A DNA stretch of 64,000 nt from an uncultured bacterium (GTDB lineage: Bacteria; Acidobacteriota; Aminicenantia; UBA2199). Position 1 is the stretch's first letter. Every line of letters begins with the position of its first letter. Made by a program: the position numbers and the translations under genes. The stretch is taken from the NCBI GenBank assembly GCA_942492175.1, contig CALODR010000009.1, positions 353,850 through 417,849 on the forward strand, written 5' to 3'. Positions 36,256 through 44,590 of this stretch are shown one piece after another. The notes beneath the pieces were generated by a model. It made no database searches, was not told the origin of the DNA, and was given only the letters and a program-made list of their open reading frames with translations.

Positions 36256-37617
36256 ATGAAAGATGTAGCACTGGAAAAACTGCTGAGATTTACAAAGCAG
36301 TTTATCAAACTGCGTACCCTGGGGCATTTGTGGAATGCTCTAAAGAAACTTCACTATGCAGATGTTGCTACATTAATTGAGCATTTAAATAGTTCTGAAC
36401 GGCAAATAGTTTTCCAGCTTTTCTTTGATAAAAAACTTGAACTACCTAAATTTGCCGAAATAATAAGTGAAATAAAACCGGAATTAGCAGTTGAGATCAT
36501 GTCCGGATTTAATCTCAAAGAAATTGTCCCGATTCTGAATGAGTTGTCCTCAGATGATGCGGCATCGCTGATCCCTCTCTTCAACGAGGATCTTCAGATA
36601 GATATTCTTAAGAAAATGAAGAACGAGGAGGTAGTAGATCTCCAGGAACAGCTTTCTTACCCTGAGGAATCGGCAGGAAGGATCATGTCCTCTGACTTTC
36701 TTGCACTGTCGGGGGTGACTTCCGCTGCAGATGCGATCTCTGCAATTCAGCTTGCAGGCGAAGAGGTAGAGGTGCCTTTTTACCTTTATGTTATAGATGA
36801 TGAGGAGAGGCTGGTAGGAGTTGTCTCCCTGAAACAACTGATCCTGATCAAGTCTAAAATGACTCTGAAAGATATTATGAACACAGATGTCTATAAAGTG
36901 GATGTTTTCACGGATCAGGAAGAAGTTGCGAAAGTTGTTGCCAATTATAATCTGCTTGCAATTCCGGTAGTTGATGATCTTAACAAACTTGTCGGAGTTG
37001 TAACCGTAGATGATGTTATTGATATTATCCACGATGAGGCGACGGAGGATATATATAAGTTAGCCGGTGTTACTCAGGACTATAGCGTTGAACTCAGTGT
37101 CGGGAAATCAATTATTAAAAGGATGCCCTGGTTATTCCTCAGTCTTTTTACAACTTCTCTGTCTGCTGTTGTTATATCTTTGTTCAAAGGAACCATAGAG
37201 CAATTTATCCTTATAGCAGTTCTTATGCACATCGTCCCTGCTATCGGAGGGGTTGTAGGAAATCAGACTGTTGCGATTATGGTTCGGGAAATTGTTATTG
37301 GGACTCTTGAGTGGAAGAGATCGAAGAAGATACTTTTTAAGGAAGTTTTTGTCAGTTTGGGAAATGGTTTGATCATCGGCGGAATTTCCTCGATACTCAC
37401 ATTTCTCCTTTTCAAAAAATGGGAGGTAGGCCTGATATTCGGCGGAGCAATTGTTTTCAACCTGATAATGGGTTCTCTATTCGGAACGATCATTCCGATA
37501 GCACTTAAAAAGTTCAGAATGGACCCGGCTCTTGCTTCCGGAATGATTGTTACCATGCTGACAGATGTGCTCGGGTTGTTCTTCTTCCTCGGGATCTCGA
37601 CTCTGGTCCTGATCTAG
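36256..37617 (+). CDS. mgtE: magnesium transporter MgtE
   Basis: MgtE_N helical domain, tandem CBS domains, five C-terminal TM helices. Confidence 0.9.
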   Translation: MKDVALEKLLRFTKQFIKLRTLGHLWNALKKLHYADVATLIEHLNSSERQIVFQLFFDKKLELPKFAEIISEIKPELAVEIMSGFNLKEIVPILNELSSDDAASLIPLFNEDLQIDILKKMKNEEVVDLQEQLSYPEESAGRIMSSDFLALSGVTSAADAISAIQLAGEEVEVPFYLYVIDDEERLVGVVSLKQLILIKSKMTLKDIMNTDVYKVDVFTDQEEVAKVVANYNLLAIPVVDDLNKLVGVVTVDDVIDIIHDEATEDIYKLAGVTQDYSVELSVGKSIIKRMPWLFLSLFTTSLSAVVISLFKGTIEQFILIAVLMHIVPAIGGVVGNQTVAIMVREIVIGTLEWKRSKKILFKEVFVSLGNGLIIGGISSILTFLLFKKWEVGLIFGGAIVFNLIMGSLFGTIIPIALKKFRMDPALASGMIVTMLTDVLGLFFFLGISTLVLI

Positions 37618-37620
37618 AAT

Positions 37621-38358
37621 ATGCCCCTGGAATCCGCACAGGCAATTGTAATCGGATCTTATGTATTCAATGAACAGGATAAGATCGTACATCTTTTAAC
37701 TTCCGGAGACGGGATAATTAAAATTGTGGCTCCGGGCTCTTCCAAAGGGAAGAACCGTTTCGGCTCCATGTTGGAACTATTTACCGAAGGGGAATTTTTT
37801 TTCTACAGAAAAGAGGACAGAGATCTGGCTACTCTATCAAAAGGGGATGTGATCACAAGTTATTTTGAAACAGTTTCCAATCCGGGGCGAATATTCTACT
37901 TTTATCTTATTGCTGAGATTCTCATGAAATTTATTCCTCAGAATTTTAATACTGAAAGAATATATAAACTAACAAAGTCTATCCTCGTAAGCAGCGAAGA
38001 GGAGGTTGATATGACTCAGCTGCTTTTATATTTTATGATCTGGATACTGCGTATCGAAGGCATGATGTTTGAGACAAAAAGATGCTTAGCCTGCCATCGG
38101 ACAGATCTGCTGAAAGGTTGGGTTATGCCTGACTACCGCGGCATTGTATGCGAACGGTGCAGAAGAGATGAGCCGGTTATCCTGAGGAAGACCGGGCTGG
38201 AATTTATTGAATGGACCAAAAGAAATGAGGCGTCAGGAAGTTTTGAAGTTATGTCTGATGAAGACCGGAAGAATGTTTTCATGGTCCTTAAGAACAAAAT
38301 AGAATACCATGGGGAGTTCAGTCTTAATTCCCCCAGATATCTTTCAGCCCTTATCTGA
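37621..38358 (+). CDS. recO: DNA repair protein RecO
   Basis: 245 aa; N-terminal OB-fold region, C-terminal 'CLACHR...CERC' zinc-finger; immediately follows mgtE. Confidence 0.7.
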   Translation: MPLESAQAIVIGSYVFNEQDKIVHLLTSGDGIIKIVAPGSSKGKNRFGSMLELFTEGEFFFYRKEDRDLATLSKGDVITSYFETVSNPGRIFYFYLIAEILMKFIPQNFNTERIYKLTKSILVSSEEEVDMTQLLLYFMIWILRIEGMMFETKRCLACHRTDLLKGWVMPDYRGIVCERCRRDEPVILRKTGLEFIEWTKRNEASGSFEVMSDEDRKNVFMVLKNKIEYHGEFSLNSPRYLSALI

Positions 38359-38361
38359 CTA

Positions 38362-39558
38362 CTATTCCTCAGGTATGGACCATAGATTATTTTTTACTTC
38401 AAGTTTCACATTATCAAGCCATACTGCTCTTCCGGCCCCTCCCGGTCTGAAGTCGGTCACTATATCAACATGCTGAGCAGATCTGTTCGCTTTCCCTTCC
38501 GAATAGAATTTTTCCAGTTTGTCTTTGTTACTCTCATCTCCCGGATTGTCGACATAACACTCCGGATATGAATCTCCTATGGCAATATGGAGAGTTCCTC
38601 CCACCTTCTCAACAAATAGAGGATGTTTGAGTGCTGTTTTTAAACCGCTGTTCATCCCCAATGCAACTTCTCCGAGCCGTTTAGAACCCTCATCTGTCTC
38701 AATTATTTTTTTCAGTGTTTCAAATTCCTTTTCCGCTTTGTATTCAGTAATACACCCATCTTTGAACTTCAGATAGATCCCCTGGATCGTAACACCGTTA
38801 TAATAAACCGGGAGGTCGACAAATATCTCTCCCTCAACTGAATTTGCATCAGGACTTGTGAATACTTCTCCATCAGGGAAGTTCCTGAGTCCGGTACACT
38901 TAATAATATTTCTGTCTGAAATATCCATTCTTAATTCCAGAAGCCTGCCGTCAGTGAAATTTTCCGTTTCTATTCTTATTTTGTCAGTGCTGTTAAGGAT
39001 ACGGTAGACAGGTTCTTCAACTTCATCAAGAAATGCAGGATCTGTAACTGAAGCTCCGACAACAATATCGCTGTACTCATCCAATGACAGGTCTTCCATG
39101 TCTGCAAAAGCTTGTGTGGGATAAAGTGTAAGCACCCAGTTCTTTCCCATGCGGATTTTTTTAAAAGAAAGATCAGCCCTTGAAAGGGCAATGGATGTCT
39201 CTTCAGGAAGGTCTGCAAAGAGTTCTGGCGACTCTGACCCCAGGATCTCTATATATTTGGTCATTGATTCATACCTGATCTTATGCCATTCCGGAGTTCT
39301 CTCGATCTGTTCAACACTCCCGTTCCTGGTAATTGATGCACCCCACACCTGCCCTCTGTTATTATCGGGAGCGACAATATTTACATCTGCAATTCCTCCG
39401 GCACGAAAGACCTTGTCCTGAAGAACGGATATCAGAGGCCATGCAATATGCTCCCCTTTTATCATTACGACATCTTCCTGTGTGATACCTCCGAGTGAAT
39501 GATCAAGTATGAAGTCAGCCCATTTTTCAAGTTTATTTTTTTCGATTTCTACTTTCAT
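38362..39558 (-). CDS. M29 family aminopeptidase (AmpS/PepS-like)
   Basis: C-terminal 'SKRLGEVALGMNSG...GTLHIAIGDSYPE...ANRSAQHVDIV' matches the thermophilic aminopeptidase T family. Confidence 0.7.
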   Translation of the reverse strand: MKVEIEKNKLEKWADFILDHSLGGITQEDVVMIKGEHIAWPLISVLQDKVFRAGGIADVNIVAPDNNRGQVWGASITRNGSVEQIERTPEWHKIRYESMTKYIEILGSESPELFADLPEETSIALSRADLSFKKIRMGKNWVLTLYPTQAFADMEDLSLDEYSDIVVGASVTDPAFLDEVEEPVYRILNSTDKIRIETENFTDGRLLELRMDISDRNIIKCTGLRNFPDGEVFTSPDANSVEGEIFVDLPVYYNGVTIQGIYLKFKDGCITEYKAEKEFETLKKIIETDEGSKRLGEVALGMNSGLKTALKHPLFVEKVGGTLHIAIGDSYPECYVDNPGDESNKDKLEKFYSEGKANRSAQHVDIVTDFRPGGAGRAVWLDNVKLEVKNNLWSIPEE

Positions 39559-40000
39559 TCTCCCTCCTGCTGTTGTAGTGAAATAAAATTATATATCCGG
39601 GAATAAGGAGCAGAAGATCTCTGATTAGGAGAAAATAAACATTGCTCCCGGTTCCCTGTGAAGTGGAAAAACATCCGCAGTCAAAATTAATTCCCCTAAT
39701 AAGGTTAATTGTGATCGCTGAAATAAATACAATAAGCAGCCCGTTAAGTATTATAGATGAACCCCGGACAAATATTCCCGCGATTAAAAAAGACCCGGCT
39801 ACGAGTTCTATCCAGGGCAATAAAAGAGCGGGGGCATAAATAAGAAAATCGGGCAGCAGTTTGTAATTAGAAAGGATTGCAGCAAAGGCTTCAGGATTGA
39901 AGATCTTGTCTGCGGAAGCATATATAAAAACTGACCCGAGGATGATACGGCAGATCAGAATAAATAACTGATTTTTGATCAGGTTTTTTATTTTAAACAT
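39533..40000 (-). CDS. MauE/DoxX-like membrane protein with CGC motif
   Basis: 4 TM; 'NFDCGCFS' motif typical of the MauE/DoxX-like thiol-redox membrane proteins. Confidence 0.5.
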   Translation of the reverse strand: MFKIKNLIKNQLFILICRIILGSVFIYASADKIFNPEAFAAILSNYKLLPDFLIYAPALLLPWIELVAGSFLIAGIFVRGSSIILNGLLIVFISAITINLIRGINFDCGCFSTSQGTGSNVYFLLIRDLLLLIPGYIILFHYNSRRENESRNRKK

Positions 40001-40006
40001 ATTTTA

Positions 40007-40528
40007 CTATATACCTTCTCCTTCGGTCTTGAAACCCCTTTCTATCCATTCCTCCATTCCGCCCGGGAATACGAAGATATCTTTAATCCCCTTCTCTGAC
40101 AGCTTTACCGCAAGTTGTCTGGAATCTTCACACGTAGGGCCGGAACAATATATCAGTACGGTTTTTCCCAACTTCAGCAGTTCACCCCTCTCACTGAACA
40201 ATGCATCAAAGTTGTTAATACTGAAACTGCTTGCACCTGGTATGTGACCTGACCTGAAATCACTCTCCGGCCTTGCATCCAGAACAATACTCCCCTCTTT
40301 ATTCAGGTAAAATCTGAATATCTCAATATCAATTTTTTCAATATTATATGCCGGGTTAACAGGTTCAACTTTTTTATATGTTTTTGTTATGCTTATCCTG
40401 TTTCCCGAAGCGATATTGAATATAAAAGCAGCAATTACCGCAATTGTGATGACTGATAAAATATCGATAAAGATCTTCTTCATTTTTCCCCGAAATGAAA
40501 TAATACTTTTTTTTTGTTGTGTTTTCAA
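40007..40528 (-). CDS. membrane-anchored rhodanese-domain sulfurtransferase
   Basis: N-terminal TM; 'VLIYCSGPTCEDSRQ' active-site Cys loop. Confidence 0.75.
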   Translation of the reverse strand: MKTQQKKSIISFRGKMKKIFIDILSVITIAVIAAFIFNIASGNRISITKTYKKVEPVNPAYNIEKIDIEIFRFYLNKEGSIVLDARPESDFRSGHIPGASSFSINNFDALFSERGELLKLGKTVLIYCSGPTCEDSRQLAVKLSEKGIKDIFVFPGGMEEWIERGFKTEGEGI

Positions 40529-40559
40529 TTATCAGGGAAGGATAAATTAAGAAATTTTA

Positions 40560-42143
40560 TTATGGCAACCCGGGAATGATCAGTTCCCTGGAAAATTCAA
40601 TAGAGTAGGAATATAAGATGGTCTTTTTTTCATCAGGCGCTACATTGATATGCCATTCAAAACGGTTCAGGTCATCTGCTTCTGAGGTGTCCGGTGAACA
40701 TTTATCGAGACGGACCTTAATATCTTCATGGGTGGGAATCGGGATCTGATCTTTAACAATTACTTCTTTTGATTCGGGTGAAAAATTTTCGATGGCAATT
40801 TCAAATGAATAATCGATCTTTTTTCTGTCACGGAGCAGTTTTTTATCAACCTCTCTTGAAATAAGCTCTCTTTTAACCTTTAACCTGTCATCACTTCCTG
40901 CAAATATTTTAAATTTTTCACCGGGGGATGTGTGATCGATCAAAACCGGCCCGATATATTCTTCATCTTCAAATATCTGTCCTTTTCCCGGCAGAAGAAA
41001 AAGCTGATCGTTCACGGCTTCGGCGATCCTGAATATCCGTTCATCTTTTCCCGGTGCGGTTATATATTTCAGCTCTTTTTTCAGTTGCAAACCGGATATG
41101 CTGACCTTATGAAAAGTTCCGTCTGAGGGGATTGAAACAGGTTCTTTTAACCGGTAGGTGATAGAAGTCTCAGTAGAAATGACACCGGCATCTTCGAATT
41201 TTGAATCGATTACTTCAGGGAACTCTTCTTTCAGCACATCAGAGTAGGACATTTTTTCATCCGGCATCATTATTGCGGAAGCGGCAAAAGAACTGCTGTC
41301 TCTGGTTTCATCAAGACTTCCTGCTTTGCCTTTTGCCGGTGATATAAACCAAGGGTCAAGTTCGGGAACTGATGAAGTCCCTGAAGGCGAAAATGTAGAT
41401 AATTGGATTTCCACATTTTTCCATTCTTCGCCGGTCCTCTGTTTTACAGATGCCATATAATCTATCTGGAGGTCAGCTTTTCCGATCCTTATATCGTACT
41501 CCGGATTCCAGGATGCTCCCCGTACATTGTATGTCAATTCTAAATTGAATTTACATGGTTTCTCCGCATTAACTGATATATCTGCTGCATATCTTTCCCT
41601 CGGTTTTGAATTGTTCGCCAGCTCAAGCTCTTCCTGCAGCTTCTTTATTTCTTTGTCCAGATCTTTTTCTTCTCTCTCCTTTTTCCTTTTTTCATTCAGG
41701 AGGATATCCCCCTCCTTCATAAGGAATTCCGTCAAATTTTTGTGGCTTTCTATAGAAATTTCACCTTTTGCAAAGCCGGAAGCGAAGATTCTGGTAGATT
41801 TCCATAATCCGTCAAAATGCTTCTGTTTTCTATCCAGTTGATCTTTCTGATCACACAGCTTAGTCTTTTTTTCTTTAAGTTTTTCAATTTTGTCAGTAAG
41901 TTCTTTTACAACTCCCTCAGGTATATCTTTTGAGAATGTTCTCCTGACATCTATTCCGAACATTTTAACAGGGGAAGATCCTGTACCTTTTACCCTTACC
42001 GAATCCGGATCCAGTCCCTGGGGAAGCCCCGAGACCGAGATCAACTCTTTTCCCTGATTCAGGGATAAATGGCCGGATCTTCTGATTTTTGCTTTGTTGA
42101 TAAATACTGTAACTTCTGTGATGCTGGTATTGATCTCTTTCAT
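40560..42143 (-). CDS. DUF4140/DUF4139 family protein (mucoidy-inhibitor MuiA-like) with central coiled coil
   Basis: N-terminal 'VTVFINKAKIRRSGHLSLNQGKELISVSGLPQGLDPDSVRVKG' DUF4140-like; long K/E coiled-coil; ~527 aa. Confidence 0.55.
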   Translation of the reverse strand: MKEINTSITEVTVFINKAKIRRSGHLSLNQGKELISVSGLPQGLDPDSVRVKGTGSSPVKMFGIDVRRTFSKDIPEGVVKELTDKIEKLKEKKTKLCDQKDQLDRKQKHFDGLWKSTRIFASGFAKGEISIESHKNLTEFLMKEGDILLNEKRKKEREEKDLDKEIKKLQEELELANNSKPRERYAADISVNAEKPCKFNLELTYNVRGASWNPEYDIRIGKADLQIDYMASVKQRTGEEWKNVEIQLSTFSPSGTSSVPELDPWFISPAKGKAGSLDETRDSSSFAASAIMMPDEKMSYSDVLKEEFPEVIDSKFEDAGVISTETSITYRLKEPVSIPSDGTFHKVSISGLQLKKELKYITAPGKDERIFRIAEAVNDQLFLLPGKGQIFEDEEYIGPVLIDHTSPGEKFKIFAGSDDRLKVKRELISREVDKKLLRDRKKIDYSFEIAIENFSPESKEVIVKDQIPIPTHEDIKVRLDKCSPDTSEADDLNRFEWHINVAPDEKKTILYSYSIEFSRELIIPGLP

Positions 42144-42234
42144 TCTGATCTCCCCTGTATATTTTAGTGAAAACAGGAAAATATTTCAATCCTGCCGGGT
42201 TTACTTTCATCCTGTGGAATGGGATAATCTGCCC

Positions 42235-43005
42235 ATGAGAGAAGAAGAATGTATCATCGTTTCCAACACTGAAATTCATAAAAGATATTTTCTTATGAAG
42301 ATCAGATCTGAATATATATCAGATAATTGCAGTCCAGGAAATTTTGTTATGATCGCTGTGTCTGGAGAGAACGACCCTCTTCTGAAAAGGCCTTTTGGTA
42401 TTTTCAGGAAGGATAAAGATTGTTTTTATATTTACTATGAGGTTGTCGGGAAAGGCAGTCTGCTCCTTGCAGGCAAAAGAGAAGGAGACTTACTAATGGT
42501 AGTTGGTCCCCTGGGCAATTCATTCCCTGAATACACTAACAAAAATATTTTATTGGTTGGGGGGGGCAGAGGGATAGCCCCGCTGTTTTTTGCTGCTGAG
42601 AAATTTTCAGCTTCAAATAATGTATCACTGATCTATGGTGCAAGATCAAAAGGTGATCTCCTGTTCACAAAGGAATTGGGGGGATTCCCTTTAAAAGAGA
42701 CAGCACTTTATACGGACGACGGTTCAGCATTTAATAAAGGATCGGTTGTTACAGATATAAAAAAAATAATAGAGAGAAATGATATAAGTGTAACTTTCTC
42801 CTGCGGACCGGATAAAATGTTCGAATCTCTGCATAAGGAGATTGGAAGCGTTGAAACCGATAACTTCGTGTCGCTTGAAGCTTTTATGGGGTGCGGATTC
42901 GGGATCTGCTACAGTTGTGTTGTGAAGGGGAGTGACGGGAAATACAAAAAAGTCTGTTCGGACGGCCCGGTTTTCAGAATGGAGGAGATCGAATGGCAGA
43001 CCTGA
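42235..43005 (+). CDS. pyrK: dihydroorotate dehydrogenase electron-transfer subunit
   Basis: FAD/NAD-binding ferredoxin-reductase-like fold; C-terminal 2Fe-2S 'CGFGICYSCV'. The start is trimmed to the ATG at 42235; the ORF-track start 42094 overlaps the convergent upstream gene. Confidence 0.8.
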   Translation: MREEECIIVSNTEIHKRYFLMKIRSEYISDNCSPGNFVMIAVSGENDPLLKRPFGIFRKDKDCFYIYYEVVGKGSLLLAGKREGDLLMVVGPLGNSFPEYTNKNILLVGGGRGIAPLFFAAEKFSASNNVSLIYGARSKGDLLFTKELGGFPLKETALYTDDGSAFNKGSVVTDIKKIIERNDISVTFSCGPDKMFESLHKEIGSVETDNFVSLEAFMGCGFGICYSCVVKGSDGKYKKVCSDGPVFRMEEIEWQT

Positions 43006-43904
43006 CTGCTGACCTCGGATTTTCGAAGTTGAAAAATCCGGTAATTCCTGCTTCCGGCACTTTCGGTTACGGTTCAGAGTTCCTTGAATTCTTCGACCTC
43101 GATCTTCTGGGTGCTTTTGTGATGAAAGGGGTCTATAGAGATGAGAGGGGTGGGAACCCTCCGCCGAGGATATGGGAAACACCATCAGGCCTGTTGAATT
43201 CTATCGGTCTTGCAGGACCCGGTGCCGAAGGGCTTGTTCCTGTTATCAGGGATGTCGCTTCAAAAACTTCAACCCCGATAATTGTAAATGTCTGCGGTGG
43301 TTCAGATGAAGAGTATCTCGAAGTAGCAAAGGTTTTTGATGTTATGGATGAGGTCTCGATGCTTGAGCTTAACATATCGTGTCCGAATGTCCGGGCCGGA
43401 GGAAGCTGCCCGGCTCAGAGTATTCACGACACAAAGAGAGTAGTAAAACTTGTAAAAGAGAACACCAAAAAGCCATTGATAGTAAAACTGTCACCCAATG
43501 TTTCAGATGTGGCTTCAATTGCCTGTTCTGCGGAAGAAGCAGGAGCTGATGCAATTTCGGTTGTTAATACTTTTCTCGGGCTGGCCCTTGATGTTAAAAA
43601 CAGAAAGCCAATCTTTAATAATTTTTTTGCCGGGCTGTCCGGGCCGGCTATTAAACCTCTTGCATTAAAAATTGTGTGGGAAGTTGCAAGTGCTGTGAAT
43701 ATTCCTGTAATAGGGATAGGGGGAATTATGACGGGAATGGATGTCCTTGAATTTATCCTTGCCGGTGCTGCTGCGGTCCAGACAGGTACAGTAAATATCG
43801 TAGAACCTACAGGTTCGGTCAGGATTATAAATGAGACCGGGGCATTGATGGATGAATTAGGAATAAATAATTTGGAGGATATCAGAGGAGGACTTGAGAT
43901 ATGA
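42993..43904 (+). CDS. pyrD: dihydroorotate dehydrogenase (class 1B) catalytic subunit
   Basis: 'LELNISCPNV' active-site motif, TIM-barrel FMN-binding 'GIGGI'. Confidence 0.9.
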   Translation: MADLTADLGFSKLKNPVIPASGTFGYGSEFLEFFDLDLLGAFVMKGVYRDERGGNPPPRIWETPSGLLNSIGLAGPGAEGLVPVIRDVASKTSTPIIVNVCGGSDEEYLEVAKVFDVMDEVSMLELNISCPNVRAGGSCPAQSIHDTKRVVKLVKENTKKPLIVKLSPNVSDVASIACSAEEAGADAISVVNTFLGLALDVKNRKPIFNNFFAGLSGPAIKPLALKIVWEVASAVNIPVIGIGGIMTGMDVLEFILAGAAAVQTGTVNIVEPTGSVRIINETGALMDELGINNLEDIRGGLEI

Positions 43905-44590
43905 GAGAGAGAATAATAGTTGCTCTTGATTTTGACAGGTTTGAGGTTGCGCAGGCTCTGGTTGAAACTTTGAAGGAGGCGACTTTTTATAAGGTTGGAC
44001 TGCAGGCATTTCTGAACTACGGCCCGGAGATCCTAAATTTGTTAAAAAAAAAGAAAAAAAATGTATTTCTCGACCTGAAATTCAAGGATATTCCGAATAC
44101 GGTCTTCTGGGCAGTAAAATCATCAATGATTTATGACCCCAGGTTCTTATCGATACATCTCAGCGGCGGCAGAGAGATGATAAAAAAAGCCGTACTCGCA
44201 TCAAAGGATTCCACCGATATGAAGATTCTCGGAGTATCGGTGCTTACCTCTTTTTCCGATGAGGATCTGTCTCAAACCGGTGTTGAAATGACAACAAATG
44301 ATGCGGTTGTGAAGTTATGTTCACTGGGAGTTGAATCCGGACTTGATTCATTTGTATGTTCACCGATGGAGATAAAACCGTTGAGAGAGAAGTTCAGAGG
44401 ACAGATCAGGCTGGTCACTCCGGGGATAAGGCCTCACTGGGCGGCAAAAGGGGATCAGAAGAGGGTTTTTACTCCGAAAATGGCAGTAGAAGCAGGGGCG
44501 GATTATCTTGTTATAGGCCGCCCGATAACTGCAAGTAAAGATCCGGCAGGGGCTTTTGCTGTTATCCTTAAAGAGATTATCGGACAATAA
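43901..44590 (+). CDS. pyrF: orotidine 5'-phosphate decarboxylase
   Basis: 'DLKFKDIPNTV' signature; overlaps pyrD by 4 nt. Confidence 0.85.
   Translation: MRERIIVALDFDRFEVAQALVETLKEATFYKVGLQAFLNYGPEILNLLKKKKKNVFLDLKFKDIPNTVFWAVKSSMIYDPRFLSIHLSGGREMIKKAVLASKDSTDMKILGVSVLTSFSDEDLSQTGVEMTTNDAVVKLCSLGVESGLDSFVCSPMEIKPLREKFRGQIRLVTPGIRPHWAAKGDQKRVFTPKMAVEAGADYLVIGRPITASKDPAGAFAVILKEIIGQ

Noticed and set aside
42094-42234. N-terminal 47-aa extension of PyrK given in the ORF track
   Set aside because: It overlaps the 3' end of the convergent DUF4139 gene and is hydrophobic low-complexity sequence. The internal ATG at 42235 gives a canonical-length PyrK.
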